From a candidate division WOR-3 bacterium (lineage in GTDB: Bacteria; Hydrothermota; Hydrothermia; JBDRYB01): a stretch of 64,000 nt of DNA. Location of the stretch: NCBI GenBank assembly GCA_039803205.1, contig JBDRYB010000005.1:49671-113670 (forward strand). Direction: 5' to 3'. Shown piece by piece: positions 37,917-48,410 of this stretch; the first letter of the stretch is position 1; each line of letters opens with the position of its first letter. Under the pieces are notes generated by a model that saw nothing but the letters and a program-made list of their open reading frames with translations, had not been told where the DNA came from and made no database searches. The position numbers were made by a program, and so were the translations under genes.

Positions 37917-39459
37917 GAGACTGCTTTCCGAGGGATTCGGGGTGAGCGACATCAAGCTTGAAGAGCCCCGCTCGGAGGAATTCGGCGATTACACGACCAA
38001 CATAGCCTTCAGGCTCGCGAGGGCCAGGGGCCAAAGCCCGGAATCAGCGGCAGAAGAGGTGGCAAGGCTCCTTGAGGATCACCCGGATGTCAGAAGGTGC
38101 GAGGTGGCCAGAGGATTCGTGAATATCTGGCTCACCGAGGAAGCCCTCCGGCGGTCCGTCGCGGAGATCATCCGGGACCCGAGCTCCTATGCCTCATCAG
38201 ATCTTGGCAAGGGCAGGAGGGTCCTCTATGAATTCGTCTCAGCGAACCCAACAGGCCCCCTGAACATGGTATCAGCGAGGGCAGCGGCCTTTGGGGATTG
38301 TCTCGTTAGGCTCGCCCGCAGGTGCGGCTTTAGGCCCGAGGCTGAGTTCTACTCAAACGATGCTGGGGGCCAGATAGAGGCCCTTGGCCAGAGCATAGCC
38401 TTTAGGCTTGGCGAAAGAGACGCGCTCCCTAAGGACGGCTACGCTGGGGATTATATCATTCCCGTTGCCGAGAGGCTGAGGGCCGAAGGGGTTTCCCCCC
38501 ACGAATACGGTGCCAGAGCCGCTGAGATCTTCCTCAAGGAGCAGATTGAGACCCTCTCTCGCTTCGGGGTGAGGTTTGACAGGGTCGTGAGGGAGAGCGA
38601 AATAAGGGCTGGAAGGTATCGGGACGAGGTGCTGGCCAGGCTCTCAGGCAAGACCGAGATGAAGGAAGGCGCGCTCTTTCTCATCGCTGAGGCAATAAGG
38701 GACCAGAAGGATAGGGTTCTGATAAGGAGCACCGGGGAACCAACATACCTTTTTTGGGACATAGCCTATCATCTTCACAAAGCGGAGCGGGGCTACGACG
38801 AGATGGTGAACCTTCTGGGCCCGGATCACCACACCCACGGTAGGGTTCTGACCGAGGCCATGAAGCTGATGGGCATCAGAAACCTCCGTATAAAGATAAT
38901 CCAACAGGTTCACATCCTGAGAGGGGGTTGGATAGCACCGATGTCAAAGAGGAAGGGCGAGTTCTACACTATGGAGGAGCTCATGGAGGAGGTCGGCGTG
39001 GACGCGGCGAGGTTCTTTCTTCTCATGCGAGGTTCCTCACAGCCACTTGAGTTTGACATAGACTTGGCCAAGACCCTGGCATCGGATAACCCAGTCTATT
39101 ATGTCCAGTATCTCCACGCGAGGTGCTCGTCTCTTGAGGGCTTTGCCAAAGAGCACGGGGTTTCCCCTAAAACCGAAAACCTTTCCCTCCTCACCGATCC
39201 TTCCGAGCGCTCCATCATGAGAAAGCTCCTTTATCTTCCGGATACGATTGAGTCCGCTTGTGAGGCTGAGGAACCCCACCTCATTCCCCATTACCTTCTG
39301 AGCCTAGCAGGGCTGTTTCACGGGTATTATCAGCGCCAGAGGATAATCACGGACGACAGGGAGCTCTCCTCCGGCCGGCTCGCTCTCAGCCTCGCGGTTA
39401 GGGCCGCGATAAGGGAAGGGCTATCAGTTATGGGGGTTTCGGCTCCGGATAAGATGTGA
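37894..39459 (+). CDS. argS: Arginyl-tRNA synthetase
   Basis: EFVSANPTGPL, MSKRKG, NPVYYVQY.HAR, MGVSAPDKM. Confidence 0.95.
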   Translation: MRTRISLERLLSEGFGVSDIKLEEPRSEEFGDYTTNIAFRLARARGQSPESAAEEVARLLEDHPDVRRCEVARGFVNIWLTEEALRRSVAEIIRDPSSYASSDLGKGRRVLYEFVSANPTGPLNMVSARAAAFGDCLVRLARRCGFRPEAEFYSNDAGGQIEALGQSIAFRLGERDALPKDGYAGDYIIPVAERLRAEGVSPHEYGARAAEIFLKEQIETLSRFGVRFDRVVRESEIRAGRYRDEVLARLSGKTEMKEGALFLIAEAIRDQKDRVLIRSTGEPTYLFWDIAYHLHKAERGYDEMVNLLGPDHHTHGRVLTEAMKLMGIRNLRIKIIQQVHILRGGWIAPMSKRKGEFYTMEELMEEVGVDAARFFLLMRGSSQPLEFDIDLAKTLASDNPVYYVQYLHARCSSLEGFAKEHGVSPKTENLSLLTDPSERSIMRKLLYLPDTIESACEAEEPHLIPHYLLSLAGLFHGYYQRQRIITDDRELSSGRLALSLAVRAAIREGLSVMGVSAPDKM

Positions 39460-40829
39460 TGAGGATAAGTTTTCTGGGCGCTTGCAAAACGGTCACGGGC
39501 TCAATGCACCTCGTTGAGGCCGGTGGGCTTAGGGTTCTCGTTGATGCCGGGATGTTCCAGGGAGAGGTTGAATTTCTGAACTGGGCGGATTTCCCTTTTG
39601 AGCCTGAGAGCCTGGATTTCGTCATAATAACGCACGCGCACCTCGATCACCTTGGGCTTTTGCCAAAGCTGGTCAAGGAAGGCTTCAGGGGGAAGGTCAT
39701 AGCCCACAAGGCCACCCTTGATCTCTCAGGGATAATGCTTGAGGACTCGCTCAAGGTCCAGAAGGAGGACCTCCAAACAGAGAACAGGCGCAGGATCAGG
39801 AGGGGAATGCCTGAACTGGAGCCCCTTTATGACGAGAACGATCTGAGGACTGCCGTGGGGCTTTTCGTGAGGGGAATTGACTACGGCCGCGAGATCGGGC
39901 TCGGCAGTGGGGTTTCTGTGGTGCTTCACGATGCTGGCCACATTCTCGGCTCCGCGTTCGTTGAATTGAATCACGAGGGCAAGAGGGTGATCTTCTCAGG
40001 GGATATCGGGAACACGAACAAACCAATAATCAGAGACCCTTCCCTGCCTAAGAAGGCGGATGCTGTAGTCCTTGAATCAACATATGGCGGTAGAACGCAC
40101 GAGCCCATAGATGAAACAGCGAAACGCTTTGGGGAAATAATATCCGAGACATTCGCCCGGGGCGGGAATGTGATCCTGCCCTCTTTTGCCCTTGAGAGGG
40201 CGCAGGACATTCTGTATTACCTCAGGGAAATGCACGAGAGGGGAAGCCTCCCCAAGGGCAGATACTTCCTGGATAGCCCCCTTGCTATTGACTCCACGGA
40301 GATATTTAGGAACCATCCGGAGTGCTACGATCAGCAGGCAAAAGAGCTTTTCATGTCGGGCAAGGACATATTCTTTTTCCCTGGGCTCTGTTTCACGAGG
40401 ACCCCTGATGAGTCAAAGGCGATAAATCGGATAAACGAGAGGGCTTTGATAATAGCCTCGGGCGGGATGTGCGCCGGCGGCCGCATAAAGCACCACCTGA
40501 AGCACCGGCTCTGGAACGAGAGGAATTCAATAGTCTTCACTGGGTATCAGGCAAAGGGAACCCCTGGCAGATACATAGCGGATGGAGCGGAGGAGATTGA
40601 GATCTACTGGGAGAAGGTTGCGGTTAGGGCAGAGGTCCACATCCTTGAGGGCTTCTCCGCGCACGCGGATCACAACGCGCTCCTTGAATGGTGCGCGCAC
40701 GCTGATCCTGCAAGGATCTTCCTGGTCCACGGGGAGCCTGAGGCCCAGGAGGCCCTGGCCCGCTCCCTTGATGATGGTGGGGCGAATGTCATGATCCCGG
40801 AAAGGGGCGACGAGGTGGAGATCAAATGA
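39456..40829 (+). CDS. MBL-fold beta-CASP ribonuclease
   Basis: THAHLDH, AGHILGS, FSGD, ESTYG, FSAHAD. Confidence 0.92.
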   Translation: MMRISFLGACKTVTGSMHLVEAGGLRVLVDAGMFQGEVEFLNWADFPFEPESLDFVIITHAHLDHLGLLPKLVKEGFRGKVIAHKATLDLSGIMLEDSLKVQKEDLQTENRRRIRRGMPELEPLYDENDLRTAVGLFVRGIDYGREIGLGSGVSVVLHDAGHILGSAFVELNHEGKRVIFSGDIGNTNKPIIRDPSLPKKADAVVLESTYGGRTHEPIDETAKRFGEIISETFARGGNVILPSFALERAQDILYYLREMHERGSLPKGRYFLDSPLAIDSTEIFRNHPECYDQQAKELFMSGKDIFFFPGLCFTRTPDESKAINRINERALIIASGGMCAGGRIKHHLKHRLWNERNSIVFTGYQAKGTPGRYIADGAEEIEIYWEKVAVRAEVHILEGFSAHADHNALLEWCAHADPARIFLVHGEPEAQEALARSLDDGGANVMIPERGDEVEIK

Positions 40830-42015
40830 GCCTCTTCCTAACCATATCAAGCGCGGTCTTGGCTACGGAAAGCTTGACCCCGGACCTCGTGCCTCCGAAC
40901 CGGAACCCCGAGGATTCTGTTCTCCCCTTAAACCAAAGCCCTATGTAGCTCTCTCCGGCCGGATGCTCTCCATCAGGTCCTGGCCCAGCAACGCATGTTG
41001 AGGAGAGGGCGATATCCGATCCGAATAGCTCAGCGGCCCCCATCGCCATCGCCTCTGCGACCTCAGGAGAATACACACTGCACCTTTCTATTATCTCCAT
41101 AGGGACACCGAGGACACGGTTCTTGGCATCCGGGGTATACGCAACGACCCCGCCCCTCATGTAATCCGAAGAACCAGGGACCTGGGTGATGAGATGGGCA
41201 ATCAGGCCGCCGGTGCAGCTTTCGGCTGTTGCAATAGAAACCCCTCTTTCTCTGAGGAGCCTCCCCAGAGCGGCCTCAATCCCCTCATCCTCTAGACTGT
41301 AAACAGCCTTGCCGAGCTCATCGCTTGCCAGCTTAATAAGCCTTGATAGCTCATCCTCATTGGGGGACCCTATTTTGAGGATAACCTCAACGAGCCTCGG
41401 ATAATACGCTATCCTCCCGGAGAGCTCGGGAATCCTCTCAAGCCTCTCAGCTATCTCTGCCTCCTTCATCCCGGCCACGCTTATGGTTCCGATGAACAAG
41501 GGCTCTTCCGCCAGATCCCTCAGAAGGTCCAAAGCCCTCGGCAGAAGGCCAGAGACCTCATCCGGAACCCCTGGAAGCGCGAGCGCGAACCTCCTCCCCT
41601 CCCTCCAAAGTAGGCCTGGGGCTATGCCAACTGGATTAGGGATAATTGCAAATCCCTTTGGAACCAGGGCGTAATTCCTGTGGATCCCGAGCTCCTCGTG
41701 GCCCAAAGCGGACAGCCTTTCCTTTATCCGCATGTAGAGGGATTCGTCAAACGCGATCTCGGTTCCGAGGGCACGGGCCAAAGCCTGTCTCGTCTTGTCA
41801 TCTGCTGTTGGGCCAAGCCCTCCGGAGAGAACAACCCGGCCATCTTCTGATAGCGCGCGGTTTATGGCAGAGGATATCGCATCCTCATCATCAGGGAGGA
41901 CCTCCGCTCGGCTGATGCGCACGCCCAGATGTGAGAAACCCTGGGCTATGAGGGCCAAGTTCGCGTCCCGAACCCGACCGGATAGGATCTCATCGCCTAC
42001 GAGGATAACGCGCAC
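40822..42015 (-). CDS. cinA: CinA / NMN deamidase
   Basis: GDEILSG..D.N, GGLGPT.DD, AESCTGG, PGSS. Confidence 0.92.
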   Translation of the reverse strand: MRVILVGDEILSGRVRDANLALIAQGFSHLGVRISRAEVLPDDEDAISSAINRALSEDGRVVLSGGLGPTADDKTRQALARALGTEIAFDESLYMRIKERLSALGHEELGIHRNYALVPKGFAIIPNPVGIAPGLLWREGRRFALALPGVPDEVSGLLPRALDLLRDLAEEPLFIGTISVAGMKEAEIAERLERIPELSGRIAYYPRLVEVILKIGSPNEDELSRLIKLASDELGKAVYSLEDEGIEAALGRLLRERGVSIATAESCTGGLIAHLITQVPGSSDYMRGGVVAYTPDAKNRVLGVPMEIIERCSVYSPEVAEAMAMGAAELFGSDIALSSTCVAGPGPDGEHPAGESYIGLWFKGRTESSGFRFGGTRSGVKLSVAKTALDMVRKRLI

Positions 42016-42128
42016 GGGAAAATTATATCGGGTAAGCCAGGGTCCTCGCCAGTCAAGGAGAGGAGGCAGAATTTGGTTGATCCCTCCGGCGAATTCGTCT
42101 TATAATTATGAGGCCTTAGGAGGTAAGC

Positions 42129-42812
42129 ATGAGAAAGCTCACATACATAACAGGAACGATGGCCCTCCTCCTTGCCCTGTCCTGCGGCAAGGGAGGAGAG
42201 GAAGAGGCTCCCGATCCCATGCCACTCTCGGTAGGGAACTGGTGGCTCTACCAGGGTTTCCCGGACACCACTAGGTGGTCCAAGGACAGCATCGTGGCCC
42301 AGGAGGCCTTCGGGTCTCATCCTGATGCCTACAAGGTAGTAGAGACAGGTAGTGACAAGTGGCTTGGCAAGCTCTTGAGACTCCCCTATACCGATACCCT
42401 GTGGTTCTTCTACGACGGTGACTACTTCGTGGTCGGGAGTATCATAATGGGAGATACCTTTGAGTTAAGGTTCTTCAAGAAGAACCCCGCGGTTGGAGAC
42501 AGCTGGTTCACGCGGTTCCTCAAGTCGTATGACATGGACTCTGATGGCACGCCCGATACCGCGATCACCCGCTTCAACGGAAGCATAGTGGGACAAGAGG
42601 ATGTCACGGTCCCTGCCGGAACCTTCACTGACGCCTACAAGGCCTTCTACACCATCCTTGACAGCGTATGGCTCTCCAGCCTTGGTTCCTGGGATGTTCA
42701 GCAGGATACGATGGGATGGTCATATGTGGCTCTGGGAATCGGCCCGGTGAAGAACACGGATCCCCCTGACGAATCAACGGGATCAGTCCTCAAGGCATAT
42801 GAGGTGAAATAG
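42129..42812 (+). CDS. Lipoprotein of unknown function
   Basis: LALSC lipobox; PLSVGNWW.Y, VTVPAGTF. Confidence 0.7.
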   Translation: MRKLTYITGTMALLLALSCGKGGEEEAPDPMPLSVGNWWLYQGFPDTTRWSKDSIVAQEAFGSHPDAYKVVETGSDKWLGKLLRLPYTDTLWFFYDGDYFVVGSIIMGDTFELRFFKKNPAVGDSWFTRFLKSYDMDSDGTPDTAITRFNGSIVGQEDVTVPAGTFTDAYKAFYTILDSVWLSSLGSWDVQQDTMGWSYVALGIGPVKNTDPPDESTGSVLKAYEVK

Positions 42813-42835
42813 GCTCTAGGCCCCCGAGAAAACCG

Positions 42836-42861
42836 GCCGCCCTCCACGGGCGGCTTTTTTT
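42836..42861 (+). terminator. Intrinsic terminator
   Basis: GCCGCCC-tccac-GGGCGGC followed by T7. Confidence 0.85.
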
Positions 42862-42923
42862 GATTTGAAAAACGAAAAGCACCTTGCTTTATAATTTCCA
42901 AAACACCCCTTTTGGAGGAAGAT

Positions 42924-43829
42924 ATGAGGTTATTTTTAACTACTCTACTAATAGCCGTGCCCCTGGCGGCTCAGCGCGTTGCGGTGGCGAGTTTCCAGGC
43001 CGTTGGCCTGGACGAGGCAACCGCCAGGGCCACGACCGAGCTGGCCGGAGGGGCGCTCGCGTCTGAGGGATACTCTGTTGTTGAGGCCGAGGGCCTCAGC
43101 GATGCTGACCGCTACAACGCGCTCATCCGCGCGGAGGAGGCTGGCGCCGAGATGCTCTTCACTGGCTCCTTGACCCGTATGGGCAGGAACATAGTGCTCT
43201 GGTGCTCCCTGCTGAGGACAGACGGCTCTGTTGTCTATCAGGACAAGCTGATCCTCGGGTCCGAGGACGAGATCTCAGAAGGCCTTGAGGCAATAGTGAA
43301 GGCCACGAGGACAGGCCAAAAGGCAAGGGTTGTCCTTGAGGAGCGCAGGCTCTCTGAGAAGGGCATAACCGGCGCGAAGAGCTCCTATGTGACAACGGGC
43401 CTCACGATGGGCTCGGTCATACCCTTTGCCGGATTGTCCGAGAAAAACCCGCTTAACGGAGGCTCCATAAGCGCTAACTTTGAGATACCGAAGGGCACTT
43501 TCCAGCTGGGAACGGGGCTTTATGTGAGCGAGGACGCGCTCCTTTGGAACATAGCCGGCCTCAAAGCGAACTACATACCAATGGGCATCTCTGACTTCTC
43601 CCCATACATAGGAATGGGCGCTGGTTTCGCTGTGCTGAATTCCTGGGCAGGCGATACCGTTGAGAACACCCACGGGTGGATCTTTGAGCCCGGCTTCGGC
43701 ATGATATTCTTCAGGACATATGAGGTTAGGCTCGTTGTGGATGTCCGATACGCTTTCCTCTTGGGCCGCGAAAACCCCAACGGCCTCGTGCCTTCCATAG
43801 GCTTCTCTTATCAGACAGGAGGGTTCTGA
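42924..43829 (+). CDS. Exported protein: CsgG/TolB-N-like domain plus C-terminal beta-barrel-like region
   Basis: Signal peptide; RVAV..F, GSLTR.G; SPYIG.G.G strands. Confidence 0.55.
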   Translation: MRLFLTTLLIAVPLAAQRVAVASFQAVGLDEATARATTELAGGALASEGYSVVEAEGLSDADRYNALIRAEEAGAEMLFTGSLTRMGRNIVLWCSLLRTDGSVVYQDKLILGSEDEISEGLEAIVKATRTGQKARVVLEERRLSEKGITGAKSSYVTTGLTMGSVIPFAGLSEKNPLNGGSISANFEIPKGTFQLGTGLYVSEDALLWNIAGLKANYIPMGISDFSPYIGMGAGFAVLNSWAGDTVENTHGWIFEPGFGMIFFRTYEVRLVVDVRYAFLLGRENPNGLVPSIGFSYQTGGF

Positions 43830-43830
43830 G

Positions 43831-44829
43831 ATGATGACGGCAATAGCAATTTTGCTCTCGGCGGGCAACATAGTTGTTGAGGATTTCCAGGTCATAGGCG
43901 CTGATACATCGCTGGCTCCTGTAGCGGCTGAACTGCTGAGGGCCTCGCTAGCATCGGTCGCTGGATACAACATCATAAAGACCGAGGAGAAAGACAAGAA
44001 GGCCCTCGAGGGTATGGGGGTGGAATTCACGGCAAAGGGCTCTGCGACCCAGCTTGGGAACCAGATATCCATAAGGGTTAGGGTGGAACGACTCGCCACG
44101 GGCCAAGCGGTCTTTGACGAGAAATACCAGGTCTCGTCATACGAGGACCTGGGCTTTGCCATAGACATGCTGTGTCTGAGCCTGAAGACAGGCAAGAAGC
44201 CCCAGGAGCTCGCGGCCGAGGCCATCCTTGAGGAGACCGGCATGCGGCCCAAGCGCCAGAGCTACACATCCTTAGGCGGAACATTCGGCTCAATAACCCC
44301 CTTAATGAGCAGTTACGGCAAGGATGTTGGTCTCATATACGGGGGGATGCTGACCTTCAACTATGAAACCCCTTATTTCATGGGCCAGTGGGCAACGGGC
44401 ATATATGGCGGGAGCGGCATCCTCATGTTTCCCCTTTCCATCATATCCCTGAACTGGCTCCCCAAAGGGGTTTCTACGGTCTCGCCTTACCTTGGCTTTG
44501 GCGGAGGACTGAACCTCCTGAATGTGCCGGACAGCCAGATGGTATACGACCCGTGGTATGGGGATTCCGTTCTGACAATTGATTGGCATAACATATACGG
44601 TTGGGGTGCCTATGCTGGGGTCGGCGCGGTCTTTCTCAGGGAATACGACTTCAGGCCGTTCTTTGAGGTCAAATACGGCTATCTCTTCGGCAAGAACCCC
44701 ATTACGGACAAATATCCCCAGGGCATCCAAATATCTTTGGGCCTAACCTGGCATTCCACAGCATCACCCGGCTGTTGCGGCGGGGGCATAAGCACGGGCA
44801 TGGACACGGGAGGGTGCCTGAGCTACTAG
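43831..44829 (+). CDS. Tandem paralog of 42924-43829
   Basis: Shared FQ..G.D, SY...G.T.GS..P, SPY.G.G.G, F.R.Y..R motifs. Confidence 0.55.
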   Translation: MMTAIAILLSAGNIVVEDFQVIGADTSLAPVAAELLRASLASVAGYNIIKTEEKDKKALEGMGVEFTAKGSATQLGNQISIRVRVERLATGQAVFDEKYQVSSYEDLGFAIDMLCLSLKTGKKPQELAAEAILEETGMRPKRQSYTSLGGTFGSITPLMSSYGKDVGLIYGGMLTFNYETPYFMGQWATGIYGGSGILMFPLSIISLNWLPKGVSTVSPYLGFGGGLNLLNVPDSQMVYDPWYGDSVLTIDWHNIYGWGAYAGVGAVFLREYDFRPFFEVKYGYLFGKNPITDKYPQGIQISLGLTWHSTASPGCCGGGISTGMDTGGCLSY

Positions 44830-45244
44830 CCATCCTACGAGGCCAAACCGCGCACCATTAATGTCCTATGGCGCGCGGCAATTTGTCCTCACAAGAGGCA
44901 AAAGGCGCGGAACCAAATGAGGTCTTTTTCGGCCCAGAAAGGGGAACGAGACTGAGCCCGAAAAACCGGATTCCCCTCCCGAACCGGGCAACCAAACCCG
45001 GTTTTAAGCTCCCCATTCGGGAACCAAAAGCGGCTTTTGCCCCCCAGAAACCGAGAGCCATAATCGGCTTTTTGCGAGGAATTACTGGGATTCCAGGGGA
45101 TCATCCTGAGAGGGTTCCAGAGATCTCCTCCGTAAGGAAAGCTTCTAAGTCTAGATTTTTTAAAAATAATCTAGAAAAAGGATCTCCTTACGGATGCGCG
45201 ACCAAGGTTTTCGGCCGAGAACGGGGCTGTCATAGGCCCACGGC

Positions 45245-46603
45245 TCAGAGAAACCGCAATTTGGGATTATCGGAGCGTTTTTCACAGATTATCACGCTTT
45301 CGCCCCTTATTGCCCTGTTCCTGGTGCCCAGGAGGGGGTTGAATATGAGCCTTTCAAACCTGAAACCAGCTTCCTCGCAGAACCTCTTGGTCATCATGGT
45401 TGTTGGGATCTTCTTACCAGCAACACTGCTATCGCCGACTATGATCGCGAGCTTGGCCCCTGGTTTTAGCGCCCAATATATGTTACTGATGGATTCCCTC
45501 AGGTCCTCGTAATACATGGCTACCCTCGTGGGCAACGAACCGTAACGGCCCCTGAGGCCCGCATCGGTTCCCCCCTTCATGCCGAGATACCTTGATTCAA
45601 TCCTCTTCATGTCCACGCCGAGATACTCATAGGCTATCTTGTCCTTGCCAACATAGTCAATTGAGAAATAGTATGGGGGGCTCGTGATGCAGGCGTCGAA
45701 CCTCTCCTTGAAATCTTCAAGACTACGGAGTTCCAGAACATCTCCCTCAACTATCTCAGCAGGCTCAAACCTAAGGTTTTCCGCATCCCTTATCTCCATG
45801 GTAATTCTGTGACAATTCCTGATATAGTTCAGCTTTTCCACGAAGAGCCCGAGCTTTCCCTTTCTGTGATATCGCGAAGTCCTAGCAAAAGCGTCCACCG
45901 TATCAAAGTAGATAAGCCACATTAGCTTTTGAATGAGGGGGTCTGGATGATCCCAGCGTTTGGCCTCAATATCCTCAAGAACATCCTGAAGCTCAGCAAG
46001 GGTAAAATCAAGCCGTTTGCCATCACTGAACAGGAGGTCGTTTTTCAACTGGGATATGATTATACCTATTGGGGTTACATCTATCCCAATGCTTTTTATG
46101 CCCATGAGGCTCGCCTCGTGGGTGGCGGTGCCGGAGCCGTTAAATGGGTCGAGAAGCAGGGAGCCTGATTTCAAGCCAAAGGCGTTTATGAGGGTTCTCA
46201 CCACCCTCGGGTAAAACTTTCCCTTATACGGATAAAGGTTGTGAAAGGCATAGGCATTTGTGTCCCCGAAACCATCCACGAATCTCGTATAGAGGGTGGG
46301 TTTCCCCTTAACCTTCTCAAGATGGGCAACCCTCAGCCTGAGAAACTCCGCATCCCCCGAAAATGAAACCGTTCTGGCAATCGGGTCTATCTCATAGTCT
46401 TCGGTTAGGCCCATGAGCTCCAGGTCAAGAAACTGAAGATCAGCTATGGTTTGCATCCAGAACCCGAAGACCGTGTCCCCGCGAGGGGCGATGTAATTTG
46501 CGAATTCCCTGGAATAGGCCTCAATTATCTCGGCTGAGGTGGGAAAATCAGAGGTGCTTAGCGTGGTTTGTTTCTTGGCCTTATTCCTAACTTTCTCCTC
46601 CAT
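45245..46603 (-). CDS. Amino-DNA methyltransferase (SPPY, probable N4-C; motif I before IV)
   Basis: H.LYPYKGKF, LDPFNGSGT, ITSPPY, IVGDS. Confidence 0.88.
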   Translation of the reverse strand: MEEKVRNKAKKQTTLSTSDFPTSAEIIEAYSREFANYIAPRGDTVFGFWMQTIADLQFLDLELMGLTEDYEIDPIARTVSFSGDAEFLRLRVAHLEKVKGKPTLYTRFVDGFGDTNAYAFHNLYPYKGKFYPRVVRTLINAFGLKSGSLLLDPFNGSGTATHEASLMGIKSIGIDVTPIGIIISQLKNDLLFSDGKRLDFTLAELQDVLEDIEAKRWDHPDPLIQKLMWLIYFDTVDAFARTSRYHRKGKLGLFVEKLNYIRNCHRITMEIRDAENLRFEPAEIVEGDVLELRSLEDFKERFDACITSPPYYFSIDYVGKDKIAYEYLGVDMKRIESRYLGMKGGTDAGLRGRYGSLPTRVAMYYEDLRESISNIYWALKPGAKLAIIVGDSSVAGKKIPTTMMTKRFCEEAGFRFERLIFNPLLGTRNRAIRGESVIICEKRSDNPKLRFL

Positions 46604-46994
46604 TCAAAACCTCTCTTTATGCGCACAATATAAATCTCTCTGTCAGGCTCCTTCAACTTCAGCCCGCTTCCTGGAAGGAGCCTTAAACCGCCAGGGGAGT
46701 TTTTAGGCAAGCATTACGGAGTGGAGGTATAACAACCCTGAAAAGCCCTGATAGGAGCCAAGCTGAAGCCAGTCGTAGGAAGGCATCAGAGCCCCAGGTG
46801 GCCTCTCAAGGCCGAGGATTATCATGATGGCCAGCGCATCCTCCCCCGGAGTCATCCAGGCCTGAACTGGCTCCTTGATCTTAACCCGGCTCCCAGCGCG
46901 CAATAGCATTTGACGAGAAAGCTGATTTATACTTTTACGGTGGCACACTTTCTGTGTTTTGGCCTCTTATTAGGTTATAACGGAGCCAAGAGAG

Positions 46995-48092
46995 ATGAGA
47001 AAAGCCATCTTAGCCATAGCCCTCACCGGAGGGATGAGCTGGGCTCAGGTAGAAGCTAGCGAATCCCGTGTGGATTCCCTTTTGAGGGAAGCGAGCAGGG
47101 CCGAGAGGGCCGGGGAATACTACAAAGCAATAGATCTATGCGATTCAGCCTCCAGCATTGCTGTGGAGCTCTGGGGCCCAGAAAGCGCCATAACATTTTT
47201 CATCACAGAAGCCCAGTCAGCTGAGAAGGCTGGGGATTACGGAACCGCAAAGTTCTCATGCCGAGCCGCGGCAAATCTCCTAAGCGAGCGGGGTTCGTCT
47301 GATTCGGCTATTTCTCTTGTTGCCCAGTTTGGTAAGAGGTGTTCTCAATCAAGGTATCTTGAGCATGAAGCCTGGGCATACAGGTGGATGGCTGTGGAGC
47401 TCCTTGAAGCTGATAGAACCCGAGAGGCTCTCAGATACAGGGACACCCTTGAGGCTTTGGCCATAACATTCAGCAGGGATTCCTCAACCTACTGGTCATC
47501 TGGATTGGCCTGGCGGGTAGTTGGAGACCTTGAGAAAGCAAGGGACAGCCTTGATAGAGCTGTGAGAGCTTACAAGCTTGGAGGAGAAAATCTTGAGAAG
47601 GCCGGGGAATACGGGGATGCCGCATACGCATACTGGAAAGCCGCGGATGTTCTCGAGAATGCTGTCAAACCTGATGAGGCAATAGAGCTCTGTAAAATAT
47701 CTGGCCAGCTTTTTGAGAAGGCTGGAGATTACAAGTGTGCCGCATTGGTATACGAGGAAGCCGCAGATATTTTCATGGTGTCCGGCAAACCTGATGAGGC
47801 AATAAAGCTCTGTAAAATATCTGGCCAGCTTTACGAGAAGGCCGGGGACTACTGGAATGCCGAATGGACATACGAGAAACTCACAAATATTCTCAAGGAG
47901 GCTGGCAAACCTAAAAGAGCGGTAGCAATCTGGAAATCCTTTGCCCGAAGGGCCGAGAAGGCTTGTGAATACTGGTATGCCGCAGAGGCATACAGGAAGG
48001 CCGCGGATATTCTCGTGGAGGCCGGCAAAGCCATAGAGGCCAACGCGCTTTACATGAAATACTGGGAGCTGAAGAACAAGAGAAACAAATGA
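46995..48092 (+). CDS. Exported SNAP/TPR-like helical repeat protein
   Basis: Signal peptide; 40-aa repeats EKAGDY..AA..Y.KAAD. Confidence 0.75.
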   Translation: MRKAILAIALTGGMSWAQVEASESRVDSLLREASRAERAGEYYKAIDLCDSASSIAVELWGPESAITFFITEAQSAEKAGDYGTAKFSCRAAANLLSERGSSDSAISLVAQFGKRCSQSRYLEHEAWAYRWMAVELLEADRTREALRYRDTLEALAITFSRDSSTYWSSGLAWRVVGDLEKARDSLDRAVRAYKLGGENLEKAGEYGDAAYAYWKAADVLENAVKPDEAIELCKISGQLFEKAGDYKCAALVYEEAADIFMVSGKPDEAIKLCKISGQLYEKAGDYWNAEWTYEKLTNILKEAGKPKRAVAIWKSFARRAEKACEYWYAAEAYRKAADILVEAGKAIEANALYMKYWELKNKRNK

Positions 48093-48243
48093 GAAATATA
48101 AGGAAGGTCAACATGAAAAGGGGTATCATAGTGCTGATCCTGATGGTAGGGCTAAGGGTTGCTTATCGGCTCTCATCCCTGCGCTCTCCCGGCATTCCGG
48201 AAACCCCATAGCTGGCTAGATATCTGAGCCCACCGGAGGCCAG

Positions 48244-48410
48244 GTGCTATTTGAATTCTGCCAAAGCCATCCAGTATCATTTGCCTTTGTGGCTATGGGT
48301 CTCTATACTGGTATGAGGCGCGGGGAGACCGTCTCCTCGCGTTGGGAGAATGATGCTCCTGAACTGGGCGCGCTCCGAGGAACATCCGGAGAGGACCCGC
48401 GAAACGGGGG
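48244..48410 (+). pseudogene. Tyrosine integrase fragment
   Basis: FVAMGLYTGMRRGE....RW matches integrase box I (TG.R.GE); rest of catalytic domain absent. Confidence 0.65.

Noticed and set aside
44868..45512. 214-aa plus-strand ORF
   Set aside because: Overlaps the MTase antisense, runs through palindromic DNA, no family motifs.
46617..46635. GTGCGCATAA (minus strand) resembling the dif XerC arm
   Set aside because: No XerD arm at the required spacing.
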